From Chthonomonadales bacterium (GTDB lineage: Bacteria; Armatimonadota; Chthonomonadetes; Chthonomonadales; CAJBBX01), in contig JBBIPC010000009.1 of NCBI GenBank assembly GCA_037443035.1, forward strand, positions 1 through 64,000: a stretch of 64,000 nucleotides of DNA. Direction: 5' to 3'. The notes under the pieces are model-generated. The model was given only the letters and a program-made list of their open reading frames with translations. It did not search any database and was not told the DNA's origin. Shown piece after piece: positions 20,234 through 30,347 of this stretch (within the stretch, counting starts at the first letter, position 1; every line of letters starts with the position of its first letter). Both the position numbers and the translations under genes were made by a program.

Positions 20234-21276
20234 GCGATTTCACCTTGACCTGCCCTCTGCCGCTCCAGCGGTACCCCGACGTCGTCATGGCACACGGCGG
20301 AGGGGGGCGCCTCATGCGAGATCTTATCGAAGGCGTGTTCGTACGGGCATTCGGTCCGGGCGAGCACTCCGCTCTCCACGACGCGGCCGAGCTGGCTCGA
20401 GGGATTGGGGAGCGACTCGCCTTCACGACGGATGCTTACGTCGTACGGCCTCTCTTTTTCCCCGGCGGGAGCATCGGCGAGCTCGCCGTCAACGGCACGG
20501 TGAACGACCTGGCCATGGCTGGTGCCGAGCCGCTCTGGCTCAGCGCTGCATTCGTGCTCGAAGAGGGCCTGCCCATGGCGACCCTACTGCGCGTTGTCGA
20601 GACCATGCGCGATGCTGCTCACGCGACCGGCGTACGGATAGTAACCGGCGACACGAAGGTCGTAGAACGCGGTCGCTGCGACGGCATGTACATCACCACC
20701 TCGGGCATTGGACGGGTCGTCTATCCGCACCGTATCGGGCCAGATGCTGTGCGCCCTGGCGACGCCGTGCTGCTCAGCGGCGATCTGGCACGCCACGGTA
20801 TTGCCGTCATGGCGGCTCGGGAAGGGTTCGAGTTCAGCGGGCAGATAGAGAGCGACTGCGCACCACTGGCCGAACCTGTCCTCCGCATGGCCGAGGCAGG
20901 CGTGGATGTCCGCTGCATGCGTGATCTAACCCGCGGGGGATTGGCCAGCGCCCTGGTGGAGATCGCCGAAACGGCGCGCTGCACCATCGCCATAGACGAT
21001 GAGGCGATTCCTGTGGCGCCGAACGTGCTGAGTGCCTGCGAGTTGATGGGATTCGACCCATTGCACGTCGCCAACGAGGGACGGTTCGTGGCGTTCGTGC
21101 CAGAGGAACAGGCGGATGCTGCCCTGGCCATCCTACGTCAGAGCGCAGTCTCGGCGAATGCGGTCCGCATCGGCAGCGTCCGCGAAACAGGTACGGGAGA
21201 GGTCATCCTCCGAACTATCGGCGGCGAGCGCCCCGTGGACACGCTGAGCGGCGAACTCCTGCCTCGTATTTGCTAG
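20230..21276 (+). CDS. hypE: Carbamoyl dehydratase HypE
   Basis: HGGGG, GDTKVV and DLTRGG motifs; C-terminal PRIC. Confidence 0.96.
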   Translation: MSDFTLTCPLPLQRYPDVVMAHGGGGRLMRDLIEGVFVRAFGPGEHSALHDAAELARGIGERLAFTTDAYVVRPLFFPGGSIGELAVNGTVNDLAMAGAEPLWLSAAFVLEEGLPMATLLRVVETMRDAAHATGVRIVTGDTKVVERGRCDGMYITTSGIGRVVYPHRIGPDAVRPGDAVLLSGDLARHGIAVMAAREGFEFSGQIESDCAPLAEPVLRMAEAGVDVRCMRDLTRGGLASALVEIAETARCTIAIDDEAIPVAPNVLSACELMGFDPLHVANEGRFVAFVPEEQADAALAILRQSAVSANAVRIGSVRETGTGEVILRTIGGERPVDTLSGELLPRIC

Positions 21277-21422
21277 ACACCGGCCCGATCTCGATCTTGC
21301 TCTCCACGTGGACTGCGTCGAGACTGCAGGAGGATGCCATGGCGATGGCGAAACGTCTCTTGGCCAGCGCCACTCGCGTCTGGCAGAGTATTCCGTTCTT
21401 GCGGGGAGTCAGGGAGGAAAGT

Positions 21423-22721
21423 ATGAAGTCCGGGTATGCGCGTCTCGTGGTGGTAGCAATCTGGCTAACGGCTGCCGTGGCTCTGCCGGTTCGTGCCGCG
21501 GTCGAGCCAGGGTTCGTATCGCTCTTCAATGGCCGTGACCTGGATGGGTGGGTCCTAGTCGGTAAGGCTGGTCAGGGCTACATTGTGGAGAACGGGGTCC
21601 TCGTGGCACCTGCGGATGGCGGCGGCAGCCTTTACACCGAGAAGCAGTACTCCGACTTCATCTTCCGATTCGAGTACCGACTGGACAAAGCCGGCAACAA
21701 TGGGGTGGGCATCCGCGCGCCTCTGGGTGGCGATGCGGCCTACGTGGGAATGGAGGTCCAGATTCTCGACGACTACGATCCCATGTACGCGAATCTGCTC
21801 CCTGGCCAGTATTGCGGTTCTATCTACCGCGTGGTTCCTGCCAAGCGGGGCGCTCCCAAGCCTGCCGGGGAATGGAACAAAGAAGAGATAACGGCCATTG
21901 GCAGGCACATCACCGTGAGGATCAACGGCAAGAAGGTGGTGGACGCCGACCTGAACCAGATCACGGACCCCGAGATACTCATGGAACATCCCGGCATGCT
22001 CCGAAGTATCGGTCACATCGGCTTCCTGGGCCACGGCCCCAGCAAGGTCGAGTTCCGGAACATCCGGATCCGTGACCTCTCCAAGCCCGAGCATGCGAAC
22101 ACACCTCCACCAGGTTTCAAAGCCTTGTTCAACGGCCGCGATCTCCGTGGCTGGAAGGCCCTTGTGGGCGATCCTGTCAGTCGCGCACGGATGACCGCCG
22201 ACCAGTTGGCAGAAGCCCAGCGTGCGGCGGATGTGGAGATGCTGAAGCATTGGAAGGTGCAGGACGGCACCATCGTCTACGACGGTAAGAACAACAGCCT
22301 CTGCACTGCCAAGGACTACGCCGATTTCGAGCTCCTCGTGGACTGGAAGATCCCGCCTGGCGGCGATAGCGGCATCTATCTGCGCGGTAGTCCGCAGGTT
22401 CAGATCTGGGACAATCCTATCGGCTCCGGCGGGTTGTACAACAATCAGAAGAACCCGAGCCAGCCGCTTGCGAAGGCCGATAACCCTCCAGGCGAGTGGA
22501 ACCGCTTCCGTATCCTCATGGTCGGAGAGAAGGTGCATGTCTTCCTCAACGATGTTCTCGTCGTGCGAGGCGTAACCATGGAGAACTACTGGGAGCGGGA
22601 CAAGCCAATCTATCCCTCGGGCCAGATCGAACTCCAGCACCACGGTAGCCAGTTGTTCTTCCGAAACATCTACATCCGCGAGATCCAGCCACAGAAGTCT
22701 GTAGAGGGGAAGCAGAAGTGA
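21423..22721 (+). CDS. Exported tandem DUF1080 (3-keto-glycoside hydrolase-like) protein
   Basis: Signal peptide; two LFNGRDL..GW / N(D)xG / E(Q)VQI.D / GEWN / G.I...H / FRNI domains. An alternative in-frame start exists at 21339. Confidence 0.88.
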   Translation: MKSGYARLVVVAIWLTAAVALPVRAAVEPGFVSLFNGRDLDGWVLVGKAGQGYIVENGVLVAPADGGGSLYTEKQYSDFIFRFEYRLDKAGNNGVGIRAPLGGDAAYVGMEVQILDDYDPMYANLLPGQYCGSIYRVVPAKRGAPKPAGEWNKEEITAIGRHITVRINGKKVVDADLNQITDPEILMEHPGMLRSIGHIGFLGHGPSKVEFRNIRIRDLSKPEHANTPPPGFKALFNGRDLRGWKALVGDPVSRARMTADQLAEAQRAADVEMLKHWKVQDGTIVYDGKNNSLCTAKDYADFELLVDWKIPPGGDSGIYLRGSPQVQIWDNPIGSGGLYNNQKNPSQPLAKADNPPGEWNRFRILMVGEKVHVFLNDVLVVRGVTMENYWERDKPIYPSGQIELQHHGSQLFFRNIYIREIQPQKSVEGKQK

Positions 22722-24001
22722 GCCGCACATCGCGCCGGGAGTTCGTCGGTCAGGCGGCAATAGCTGGAGCCGGGCTGCTCGTGGGCGTCAGCCCAGCGAC
22801 AGCCCGTACCTACCAGGCCAACGAGCGCCTATCCATCGGTATTATCGGCGTCGCCAACCGCGGCAGGGCGAACCTGGATGGGGTGGCTAGCGAGCAGATC
22901 ACATCTATTTGCGATGTGGATGAATCCTACCTCGACCGCTGTGCCCAGGACTTCCCAGAAGCAGCCAGGTTCACGGATTTCCGGCGCATGATAGACAAGA
23001 GCAAGCTCGACGCCGTTGTGATCAGCACGCCCGATCACACCCATGCACCAGCCGCATCCATGGCTATGCAAGCGGATCTCGACGTCTACTGCGAGAAGCC
23101 GTTGGCTCACAACGTCGTCGAGGTTCGCCGGCTTACCGATCTTGCCCGACGCCGCAAGCGTATCACCCAGATGGGCACGCAGATCCACGCCGAATCGAAC
23201 TATCGTCGAGTGGTCGAGGCGATCAGGTCCGGTGCCATCGGAAGCATTCGGGAAGTGCACGTCTGGTGCGGCGGCAGCTACAGCCCAGGCGATCGTCCGA
23301 CAGATCAGCCCCCGGTACCGCCTGGGCTTCACTGGGACCTCTGGCTCGGACCGGCGCCGGAGCGGCCCTATCACCCCGCTTACGCCCCTTTCCAATGGCG
23401 CGGCTGGTGGGATTTCGGCAATGGCCTCCTCGGCGACATGGCATGCCACCACATGGACCTCCCTTTCTGGGCATTGGACCTGCGGGTTCCCGAAACCATC
23501 GAGGCCGAGGGACCACCCGTCCATCCCGAGAGCTGCCCTGCATGGCTCATTGTTCGGTACACGTTTCCAGCGCGAGGCGAGCTTCCTCCGGTCAACCTGA
23601 CCTGGTACAGCGGGCGTCGGCCCCATTACTTCGAAGAGGGACTGCTACCCGAGTGGGGAAACGGCACGCTCTTCGTCGGCTCCGACGGTATGCTCCTGGC
23701 CGACTATGGGCGGCACGTGCTGTTGCCCAAAGAAAAGTTCCAAGACTGGGTGCCACCTACCCCTTCCATACCGGACAGCATCGGTCATCATGCCGAGTGG
23801 ATCGAAGGATGCAAGACCCGTACGCCGGCCCTATGCGACTTCTCCTATGCCGGACCGCTAACCGAAGCGGTTCTTCTTGGCAACGTGGCGTACCGCTCCG
23901 GCCAGCGGCTCTCCTGGGACGCCAGACACATGAAGCTGCCAGGAACACCAGAGGCCGAGAAGTATCTCCGCAGGCGGTACCGCAGAGGGTGGCGCCTCTA
24001 G
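22718..24001 (+). CDS. Tat-exported Gfo/Idh/MocA oxidoreductase
   Basis: SRREFV twin-arginine signal; [28 protein letters not shown] and DMACH motifs. Confidence 0.92.
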   Translation: MSRTSRREFVGQAAIAGAGLLVGVSPATARTYQANERLSIGIIGVANRGRANLDGVASEQITSICDVDESYLDRCAQDFPEAARFTDFRRMIDKSKLDAVVISTPDHTHAPAASMAMQADLDVYCEKPLAHNVVEVRRLTDLARRRKRITQMGTQIHAESNYRRVVEAIRSGAIGSIREVHVWCGGSYSPGDRPTDQPPVPPGLHWDLWLGPAPERPYHPAYAPFQWRGWWDFGNGLLGDMACHHMDLPFWALDLRVPETIEAEGPPVHPESCPAWLIVRYTFPARGELPPVNLTWYSGRRPHYFEEGLLPEWGNGTLFVGSDGMLLADYGRHVLLPKEKFQDWVPPTPSIPDSIGHHAEWIEGCKTRTPALCDFSYAGPLTEAVLLGNVAYRSGQRLSWDARHMKLPGTPEAEKYLRRRYRRGWRL

Positions 24002-24049
24002 CTCGGTCACCGCTCGAGGGTCATCCGACGGGGTTGTACAGGTGTCGTC

Positions 24050-24358
24050 GTGGACCGCCACGTTCTTCCAGAGTCGGTGCTGCTCGCAGCCATAGGTCTC
24101 GCGGACCTGCTTGCGACAACATACCTGCTTGCGACGGGTAAGGCATGGGAGGGTAATCCGCTCATGGCAGGACTCCTCATGCACGGTTCGGTGCCATTCG
24201 TCCTGGTCAAGGTTCTCTTCATCGCCGGACCGATCACCGTAGCCGAGCTGGCCAGGAAGCGGTTCCCTGTCACGGCGCGATGGACGCTGAGGTTCGCTAT
24301 CCCTGCCTACCTCGTCCTGTGGACCTGGGCGACGGCGGTAGCTAACCGCTGGCTGTGA
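24050..24358 (+). CDS. Small membrane protein, DUF5658-like
   Basis: Three hydrophobic segments with a D..T...EGNPLM...K motif. Confidence 0.7.
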   Translation: MDRHVLPESVLLAAIGLADLLATTYLLATGKAWEGNPLMAGLLMHGSVPFVLVKVLFIAGPITVAELARKRFPVTARWTLRFAIPAYLVLWTWATAVANRWL

Positions 24359-25346
24359 GGACCTCCGAGAGCGGCACCGGTCGGCCCGATGCGGCAGAGC
24401 GATAGGCGCATTCTGCCATGGCCACAGCGATGCGGCCATCCTCGCCTGTGAATAGAGGCTCGGTGCCGAAGGTGAGAGAGTCGATCCACGAAGTCAGTTC
24501 TCGTTCGTAGGGGTTCTGTCCACCGACATCTGCCTGGTGCACCTCCTCCACCTGCCCTCCCACCTTCTGGAACCTGAGTGAGCCAGAGAACCCTCCGTGG
24601 ACAATGTTGCCGCCAGTACCCTGGATATGCACTCGATACTCCCCAATGGGTGAAGACATACTGCCATGCAAGAAGCCCGAGCCGCCATTGGCAAAATCAA
24701 CGAGCACGAAGCATTGATCCTCGTACTCCATGCCGCCGAGGATATTGTCCACCCTCGCCGTGACCCTCACTGGCTGCCCCATGACGGCGCGCATGTAGTC
24801 CAGTTCGTGCACATGGACTTCGTAGAGGAGGCCACCCGCGAGGCTTCGTCGCGCGCGCCATCCCGAGTGAAACATAGTGCCGTAGCCTGCGCGTGTTACC
24901 GAGATGGCGCGCGGCTTGCCGATGACGCCGTCGGCAATGAGACGAAGCGAGTGTCGAAAAAGCGGGAACAGACGTAGTACATGCCCGACGAACAAGGGCA
25001 CGCCGGCCTTCCGGCAGGCTGCGATCATCTTGTCGCATTCGGCCACGGAGATGCCAAGCGGCTTCTCGCAATAGATCGCCTTGCGGGCTGCGGCAGCGGC
25101 AAGCACGCCCTCCAAGTGTGCCCCTGGAGGCGAGGCGACGATTACGGCGTCCACATCAGCCCGCGCACACAGCGCGCCAAGCTCATGGACCGGCTCGGCG
25201 GCGAGATCGGCCGCTGCATCCGCCAAAGCATTGGGGTCCGGATCGTAGACCGCCGCGATACGGCAACGCCCCAGCCGCATACACCTGTGGGCTAGATCGC
25301 GCGCCATCTTGCCACACCCGATAACGCCAATGTTGACGTTGTCCAT
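24342..25346 (-). CDS. Gfo/Idh/MocA oxidoreductase
   Basis: GVIGCG, CEKP and HVHELD motifs; SD GGAGG. Confidence 0.9.
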   Translation of the reverse strand: MDNVNIGVIGCGKMARDLAHRCMRLGRCRIAAVYDPDPNALADAAADLAAEPVHELGALCARADVDAVIVASPPGAHLEGVLAAAAARKAIYCEKPLGISVAECDKMIAACRKAGVPLFVGHVLRLFPLFRHSLRLIADGVIGKPRAISVTRAGYGTMFHSGWRARRSLAGGLLYEVHVHELDYMRAVMGQPVRVTARVDNILGGMEYEDQCFVLVDFANGGSGFLHGSMSSPIGEYRVHIQGTGGNIVHGGFSGSLRFQKVGGQVEEVHQADVGGQNPYERELTSWIDSLTFGTEPLFTGEDGRIAVAMAECAYRSAASGRPVPLSEVLTASG

Positions 25347-25390
25347 GCGGCCCCCTCCTTCGGGCACCGTCACTCAGATTCGGGTTGCTG

Positions 25391-26374
25391 CTAACGTAAG
25401 GTGACGACCGTTCCTTCCGATGCCGACCGATACGCGGCCAGAGCAACTTCGGCCGCACGCAGTCCATCCTCGCCTGTCACGGGCACAGGTGTCTCGTCCC
25501 GCACCGCCGCAACGAACGACCGGAGCATCAGCTCATCTATATTGCTTCCCCACATGTGCCACGAAACGCCGCCCATCTTGTCGGAGTACAGTACGAGGTT
25601 CTGGGAAAACATGTCCAGGTACAGAGTACCCCTCTCGCACACCACTGCGAGCGTCACATCGCCCCACGTTGGGAACGACTTCGGTCGCGACCAGGAGCTG
25701 TCCAGCGTCGCGAAGACGCCCTTCCGGAACCGCATGGACAGGAAGCCGATGTCATCGAACTCCTTCCCGAACATGCGGTTGGACACCTCGGCGTAGACGC
25801 TGCTGACCTCATCCTGGAGCAGCCAGCGCATGAGATCTGTCACATGCACGGTATGGTCTATGACGGCACCGCCTCCACTCAGACTCTTGTCCACAAACCA
25901 ACCAAATGGACAGCGTCCGCGGTTGGTGCCACGAATGGCAAGTACAGCACCCGCTTGGCCACTGTCCACGCATGCTTTCAGCCTGGCCATGGCAGGACTG
26001 AATCGGCACGGGAACGCGGTCATGAGCTGAACGCCACTGGCATGGCACGCGGCGATCATGGCCTCCCCGTCCTCTACCGTCGTGGCAAGCGGCTTCTCAC
26101 AGAGAACGTGCTTGCGCGCAGACGCCGCCATCTCGCAGAGAGACCGGTGCCGGACGTTCTCCGACCCGATCACCACCGCATCTATGTCCGCCGACAGCAA
26201 CGCCTCGTAGCTGTCGAACGCCTTGGTCCCGAACTGCTGCGCCGCCGCTCTGGCCCGCTCGGCGTCGTGATCTGCAATGCCAACGAGCTCCGCGCCCTCG
26301 ATCGCGCGGATGGCTGCCGCGTAGCTGTACGCGTGCATATGAGCCATGCTCAGAATACCGATCTTCACGTTCAT
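25391..26374 (-). CDS. Gfo/Idh/MocA oxidoreductase
   Basis: Atypical N-terminus GILSMAHMH; CEKP and DHTVHVTD motifs. Confidence 0.9.
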   Translation of the reverse strand: MNVKIGILSMAHMHAYSYAAAIRAIEGAELVGIADHDAERARAAAQQFGTKAFDSYEALLSADIDAVVIGSENVRHRSLCEMAASARKHVLCEKPLATTVEDGEAMIAACHASGVQLMTAFPCRFSPAMARLKACVDSGQAGAVLAIRGTNRGRCPFGWFVDKSLSGGGAVIDHTVHVTDLMRWLLQDEVSSVYAEVSNRMFGKEFDDIGFLSMRFRKGVFATLDSSWSRPKSFPTWGDVTLAVVCERGTLYLDMFSQNLVLYSDKMGGVSWHMWGSNIDELMLRSFVAAVRDETPVPVTGEDGLRAAEVALAAYRSASEGTVVTLR

Positions 26375-26399
26375 CGCTTGCCTTCCTCTCGTCTTCATC

Positions 26400-27407
26400 C
26401 TATCGCAGTTGGACCGGTCTTCCAGTGGCCGCCGAGTCTATGGCCGCCAGGGCGATGCGGACCGCCTCCTTGCCGTCTTCCGGTGTGATGGATGGCTGTG
26501 CGCCCGTGCGCAGGCACGATACGAAGTGCGCGAGCTCGAGGTAGTAAGGACTTTCGGCCGTCGGGTTCTCGGGAACCGCTACCCCGGGACCTGAGCCGGC
26601 AGGCCCCTCCAGAGCCGCGATGTATGCCGGGGACGTGGGTTGGTTGAAGTTGTACTCGAGAAGCCCTTCCTGACCGGCAATCTCGATGGCCACCTTGAAG
26701 CCTCCCGGATCGGCCCATGTTCCCTCGACGTGCCCTATGACGCCAGACGCGAAGCGGAGCGTAACGAGGGCGTAGTCCTTCGTCACCTCCGCTGACGCCC
26801 CCTGGCCAGCGGCAAGCCCGTACGCGAAGACCCGCTCCACTTCGCCAAACGTCCACCGGAGCCAGTCGAAATCGTGGATGATGAGATCCAGTATGACCCC
26901 GCCGCTCAACTCCATCCTGCCGTACCAGTTGTTCCAGGCGCGCGGGAAGGGTCCACCGCGACGTGTCCGCACGCAAGCCACTGTTCCCACAGCACCCGAG
27001 AGGACCTGCGTGCGCGCCAAGGCATACTCTGGGAAGAATCGGAGCACATGGGCGGGGAACAGAGGCACCCCCGCTCTGCGACATGCTTCCATCATGCGCG
27101 CGCAATCCGCCACAGTTCGCCCCATGGGCTTCTCGACGACGATCCCCTTGGGCCGAGCCTCGGCGGCCATACATACGTACTCGGCATGCCACGGCGTCGG
27201 CACGCAGACATCCACAACGTCCGGTTCGGTCTGATCGAGCATGGCGCCAGCGTCGCTATAGGCGGTCGCCCCCACATCCCTGGCCAGCTTATCGGCTGCT
27301 TCTGCACTGCTATCGAAGACCGCCGCTACGGACACGTCGGGCATCCGCTGGTAGCACTGGGCGTGCGTGCGCGCCATGCCGCCAGCGCCAATCATGGCTA
27401 CTTTCAT
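26400..27407 (-). CDS. Gfo/Idh/MocA oxidoreductase
   Basis: IGAGGMA, VEKP and DLIIHDFD motifs. Confidence 0.9.
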   Translation of the reverse strand: MKVAMIGAGGMARTHAQCYQRMPDVSVAAVFDSSAEAADKLARDVGATAYSDAGAMLDQTEPDVVDVCVPTPWHAEYVCMAAEARPKGIVVEKPMGRTVADCARMMEACRRAGVPLFPAHVLRFFPEYALARTQVLSGAVGTVACVRTRRGGPFPRAWNNWYGRMELSGGVILDLIIHDFDWLRWTFGEVERVFAYGLAAGQGASAEVTKDYALVTLRFASGVIGHVEGTWADPGGFKVAIEIAGQEGLLEYNFNQPTSPAYIAALEGPAGSGPGVAVPENPTAESPYYLELAHFVSCLRTGAQPSITPEDGKEAVRIALAAIDSAATGRPVQLR

Positions 27408-27576
27408 TCCAGCACCTCGTTCCATGGAAGGTGATCCTAGCTTCTATTCGGACGTCTTGTCGGGGAATCCTTCAGCCGCGAGAGCGCTTTCCTCGGATCG
27501 GCTTCGGGTACCATCAGAGGTGCGATGGTGGGGCGTGCCGGCGGGCACTCCACCGAGAACCGCACGGGAGGCTACT

Positions 27577-28434
27577 TTGACCCGTCTGAGACTCGGCCAT
27601 AGCCCGGACTCGGATGATGCGTTCATGTTCTGGGGATTGGCTTCGGGACGCGTTACGGCGTCCGGGTTGGAGTTCGAGCACATCTTGCGAGACATCGAAA
27701 CGCTGAACCAGTGGGCGCTGGAAGGCCGTCTCGAGATCACCGCGGTCTCGGCACACGCTTACGCTTTCGTCGCCGATCGTTACCTGATCTTGCCCCACGG
27801 CGCCAGCATGGGCGATGGATACGGTCCGAAGGTGGTCGTGCGTCAGCCGATTGCTCCGGAAGAGCTTGCCGGCAAGCGCCTGGCCGTTCCTGGCAAGCTC
27901 ACGAGCGCGTTTCTGGCCTTTCTCCTTTGGTGGCACGGACGACCGTCGTCGAGCAGCGGCGAACCTCCGCGATACGTCGTCGCACCGTTCGATCGGATCA
28001 TGGAGATGGTTGCAGCCGGGGAGGCAGATGCTGGCCTTATTATTCACGAGGGACAGCTTACCTACGGTAGCCTGGGACTCACGCAAGTGCTCGATCTTGG
28101 AGAGTGGTGGCTTGCCGGTACTGGTCTCCCCCTGCCGCTGGGCCTCAACGTCATCCGCCGGGACCTTCCCATGGATGTGTCGAACGCGGCGTCCCAGGCG
28201 CTCCGTGCCAGCATTCTCGCAGGTCTCGAGAACCGACGCGAAGCGCTGGAACATGCGCTGCAATTCGCCAGGGGTCTTCCGACGGAAACGGCGGATCAGT
28301 TCGTGGGCATGTACGTCAACGACTGGACTGTGGACTTGGGCGAACGTGGCCGCACGGCGGTTCAACGATTCCTCGGCGATGCTGCCTCACTGGGTCTGGT
28401 CCCACCACTGCCCCAGACCGTGTTCAGCGCCTAG
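27577..28434 (+). CDS. mqnD: 1,4-dihydroxy-6-naphthoate synthase (futalosine pathway)
   Basis: TTG start after GGAGG; GHSPDSDDAFMF, GDGYGP, IIHEGQ, LPLPLG and MYVN motifs. Confidence 0.9.
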   Translation: MTRLRLGHSPDSDDAFMFWGLASGRVTASGLEFEHILRDIETLNQWALEGRLEITAVSAHAYAFVADRYLILPHGASMGDGYGPKVVVRQPIAPEELAGKRLAVPGKLTSAFLAFLLWWHGRPSSSSGEPPRYVVAPFDRIMEMVAAGEADAGLIIHEGQLTYGSLGLTQVLDLGEWWLAGTGLPLPLGLNVIRRDLPMDVSNAASQALRASILAGLENRREALEHALQFARGLPTETADQFVGMYVNDWTVDLGERGRTAVQRFLGDAASLGLVPPLPQTVFSA

Positions 28435-28764
28435 TCAGTCGTTCTCGTCTGCATCACGGAAAAGCACATCGAAGCGGTCCGCGAGGTGGTGCTGCAGCAT
28501 CTCGAACGATAGCTCGAAGGCCATGGTCCACAGGAGAATGAGGGCTTCGTCAGACGGGAAATCGAGAACTCGCGAGAAGAAGTCCTTGAGGATCTCCTCG
28601 TAGGTCGTCTTGGGCTCGTCGAGGACAATTCGGCGTCGCAGCCTCGTCTCGTGCTGACGCAGGGACAGCTCGTTCAGGAACTCCCGCACGTTGGCAGGCG
28701 TGGCATGCTCCAGGTTCGGGCCAAACTCCCGTCGGATGGCACGCCGAAAGTCCTCGATCTTCAT
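28435..28764 (-). CDS. Hypothetical protein (109 aa, helical)
   Basis: Compact ORF with coding-like composition at the end of the pfkA run; no family recognised. Confidence 0.7.
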   Translation of the reverse strand: MKIEDFRRAIRREFGPNLEHATPANVREFLNELSLRQHETRLRRRIVLDEPKTTYEEILKDFFSRVLDFPSDEALILLWTMAFELSFEMLQHHLADRFDVLFRDADEND

Positions 28765-28817
28765 GCGCTCATCTCTCTCTACGTCATGCTCCGTGGACCA
28801 GCCGGACTCTGAAGTGC

Positions 28818-29783
28818 TTACGTCGCCGTGACCGCGATCAGGTCTAGCAAGGCGTTGTCCGGTTGGCGGGGCCCCTCCATGACGCGCTCCATGGGGCACG
28901 TTGCGATCTGCTCACCTTCTCCCAAGCCCACCATGAGTCCAGCATGGCCCTCCAGGAGCAACCGCACCGCATGGTGGCCAAACCGCGTGGCCAGGACCCG
29001 GTCTCTGGCGGTCGGTCGGCCGCCACGCTGGATGTATCCGAGGACCGTCAGCCTCGCACTCACGCCGGCCCTTGCCTCGAGCTCGCGCGCTACGGACTCG
29101 CCCTTCGCCGCGCCCTCGGCCACGACAATGATGCTCGAGCGCTTGCCTTCGGCCTGCCATCGCCTGACGGCGAGCGCCAGTGCCTCGTAATCCACCGGCC
29201 TCTCAGGGATCAGCACGGCTTCTGCGCCGCCCGCGAGACCTGCTTCGAGGGCGATGAAGCCCGACATGCGGCCCATGACCTCCACGATCGAGACCTTCTC
29301 GTGAGCCTCTGAGGTGTCGCGAATGCGGTCAATGCTATCCAGAGCTGTGTTGACGGCTGTATCGAAACCGATCGTGTAGAGGGTGCCACGGATGTCGTTG
29401 TCTATGGTTCCTGGCACACCGATAATCGAGACGCTATGCTCCGCCGCGAGCGCTACTGCTCCCCGATAGGTTCCGTCACCGCCGATGGCGACGAGGCCAT
29501 CTATGCCAGCCTGCGCCAGATTCCGCGCCGCACGTTCCCGCCCCTCCGGCGACTTGAACTCCTCGCTACGTGCGGTGTGCAGGATCGTGCCACCCTGATA
29601 GATGATGCCGCTGACCGAGCGACTGCCCATGGGCACGAACTGACGGTGAATAAGCCCGTGGAAGCCCCGCTCTACGCCCACGACTTCCACGCCTGCCGCA
29701 CACGCGGATCGAACAACCGCCCGTATGGCGGCATTCATGCCAGGAGCATCGCCACCGCTCGTTAGAACGCCGATCCTGCGCAC
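28818..29783 (-). CDS. pfkA: 6-phosphofructokinase
   Basis: LTSGGDAPGMN, GGDGT, PGTIDND, EVMGR and LGYIQRGG motifs. Confidence 0.96.
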   Translation of the reverse strand: MRRIGVLTSGGDAPGMNAAIRAVVRSACAAGVEVVGVERGFHGLIHRQFVPMGSRSVSGIIYQGGTILHTARSEEFKSPEGRERAARNLAQAGIDGLVAIGGDGTYRGAVALAAEHSVSIIGVPGTIDNDIRGTLYTIGFDTAVNTALDSIDRIRDTSEAHEKVSIVEVMGRMSGFIALEAGLAGGAEAVLIPERPVDYEALALAVRRWQAEGKRSSIIVVAEGAAKGESVARELEARAGVSARLTVLGYIQRGGRPTARDRVLATRFGHHAVRLLLEGHAGLMVGLGEGEQIATCPMERVMEGPRQPDNALLDLIAVTAT

Positions 29784-29815
29784 CGCTCCGCCACGACTCC
29801 TCGCCTTCACGTCGC

Positions 29816-30343
29816 CTACTCCGGCTCGATGAGGCCGTAGCCTCCGTTCTGTCGCCGGTAGATAGCATTGATCTCGCCCGATTCGACATTGCGGAAGAGG
29901 AAGAAGTCATGGCCCAGAAGCTCCATCTGCCTCGCAGCCTCCTCCACCGCCATGGGCTTCATCGCGTAACGTTTCCGCCGCATGACAACCGGCGTAAAGC
30001 CTTCCTCTTCCACGAAAGGCTCTGCTTCTCCCTCGTCATCCGACGGTGGCTTGCGTCGCTCGTCGCGAAGGCGGGCCTTGAACTTGAGCGCTTGTCGCTC
30101 CAACTTGGCGATGACGTTGCCAATCGCCGCATGCAGATCGCTGTTCCGTTCCTGACTCCTAAGGAGCGTGCCGTCTCCCTCCGCCGTTAGCTCCGCCACG
30201 TGAAGCCCCCGCTCCTTACCGACCACCAGCTCCAGACGCTGCAGGTCCCGAAAGTACCTGTCTAGCTTGCTAGCTTTGTCTTCGGCATAGCGCCGAATTC
30301 TCAGCGGCAGTTCACCGTTGAACGACTTGATGGTCAGATCCAT
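29816..30343 (-). CDS. hpf: Long ribosome hibernation promoting factor (HPF/RaiA)
   Basis: N-terminal HPF domain and C-terminal KPMAVEEA..QMELLGHDFFLF..GGYGLI. Confidence 0.92.
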   Translation of the reverse strand: MDLTIKSFNGELPLRIRRYAEDKASKLDRYFRDLQRLELVVGKERGLHVAELTAEGDGTLLRSQERNSDLHAAIGNVIAKLERQALKFKARLRDERRKPPSDDEGEAEPFVEEEGFTPVVMRRKRYAMKPMAVEEAARQMELLGHDFFLFRNVESGEINAIYRRQNGGYGLIEPE

Positions 30344-30347
30344 GTCA

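Noticed and set aside
21555..22760. Long antisense ORFs (for example 21555-22760, 55034-56236, 45043-46260, 37731-38735)
   Set aside because: These are shadow ORFs opposite well-supported genes, expected in high-GC DNA, and carry no recognisable motifs.
27505..27560. Riboswitch upstream of mqnD (overlapping hairpins ACCATC/GATGGT and GGTGG..GTGCC/GGCAC..CCACC)
   Set aside because: The hairpins are short, the first overlaps a probable -10 box (TACCAT), and no known aptamer core is present.
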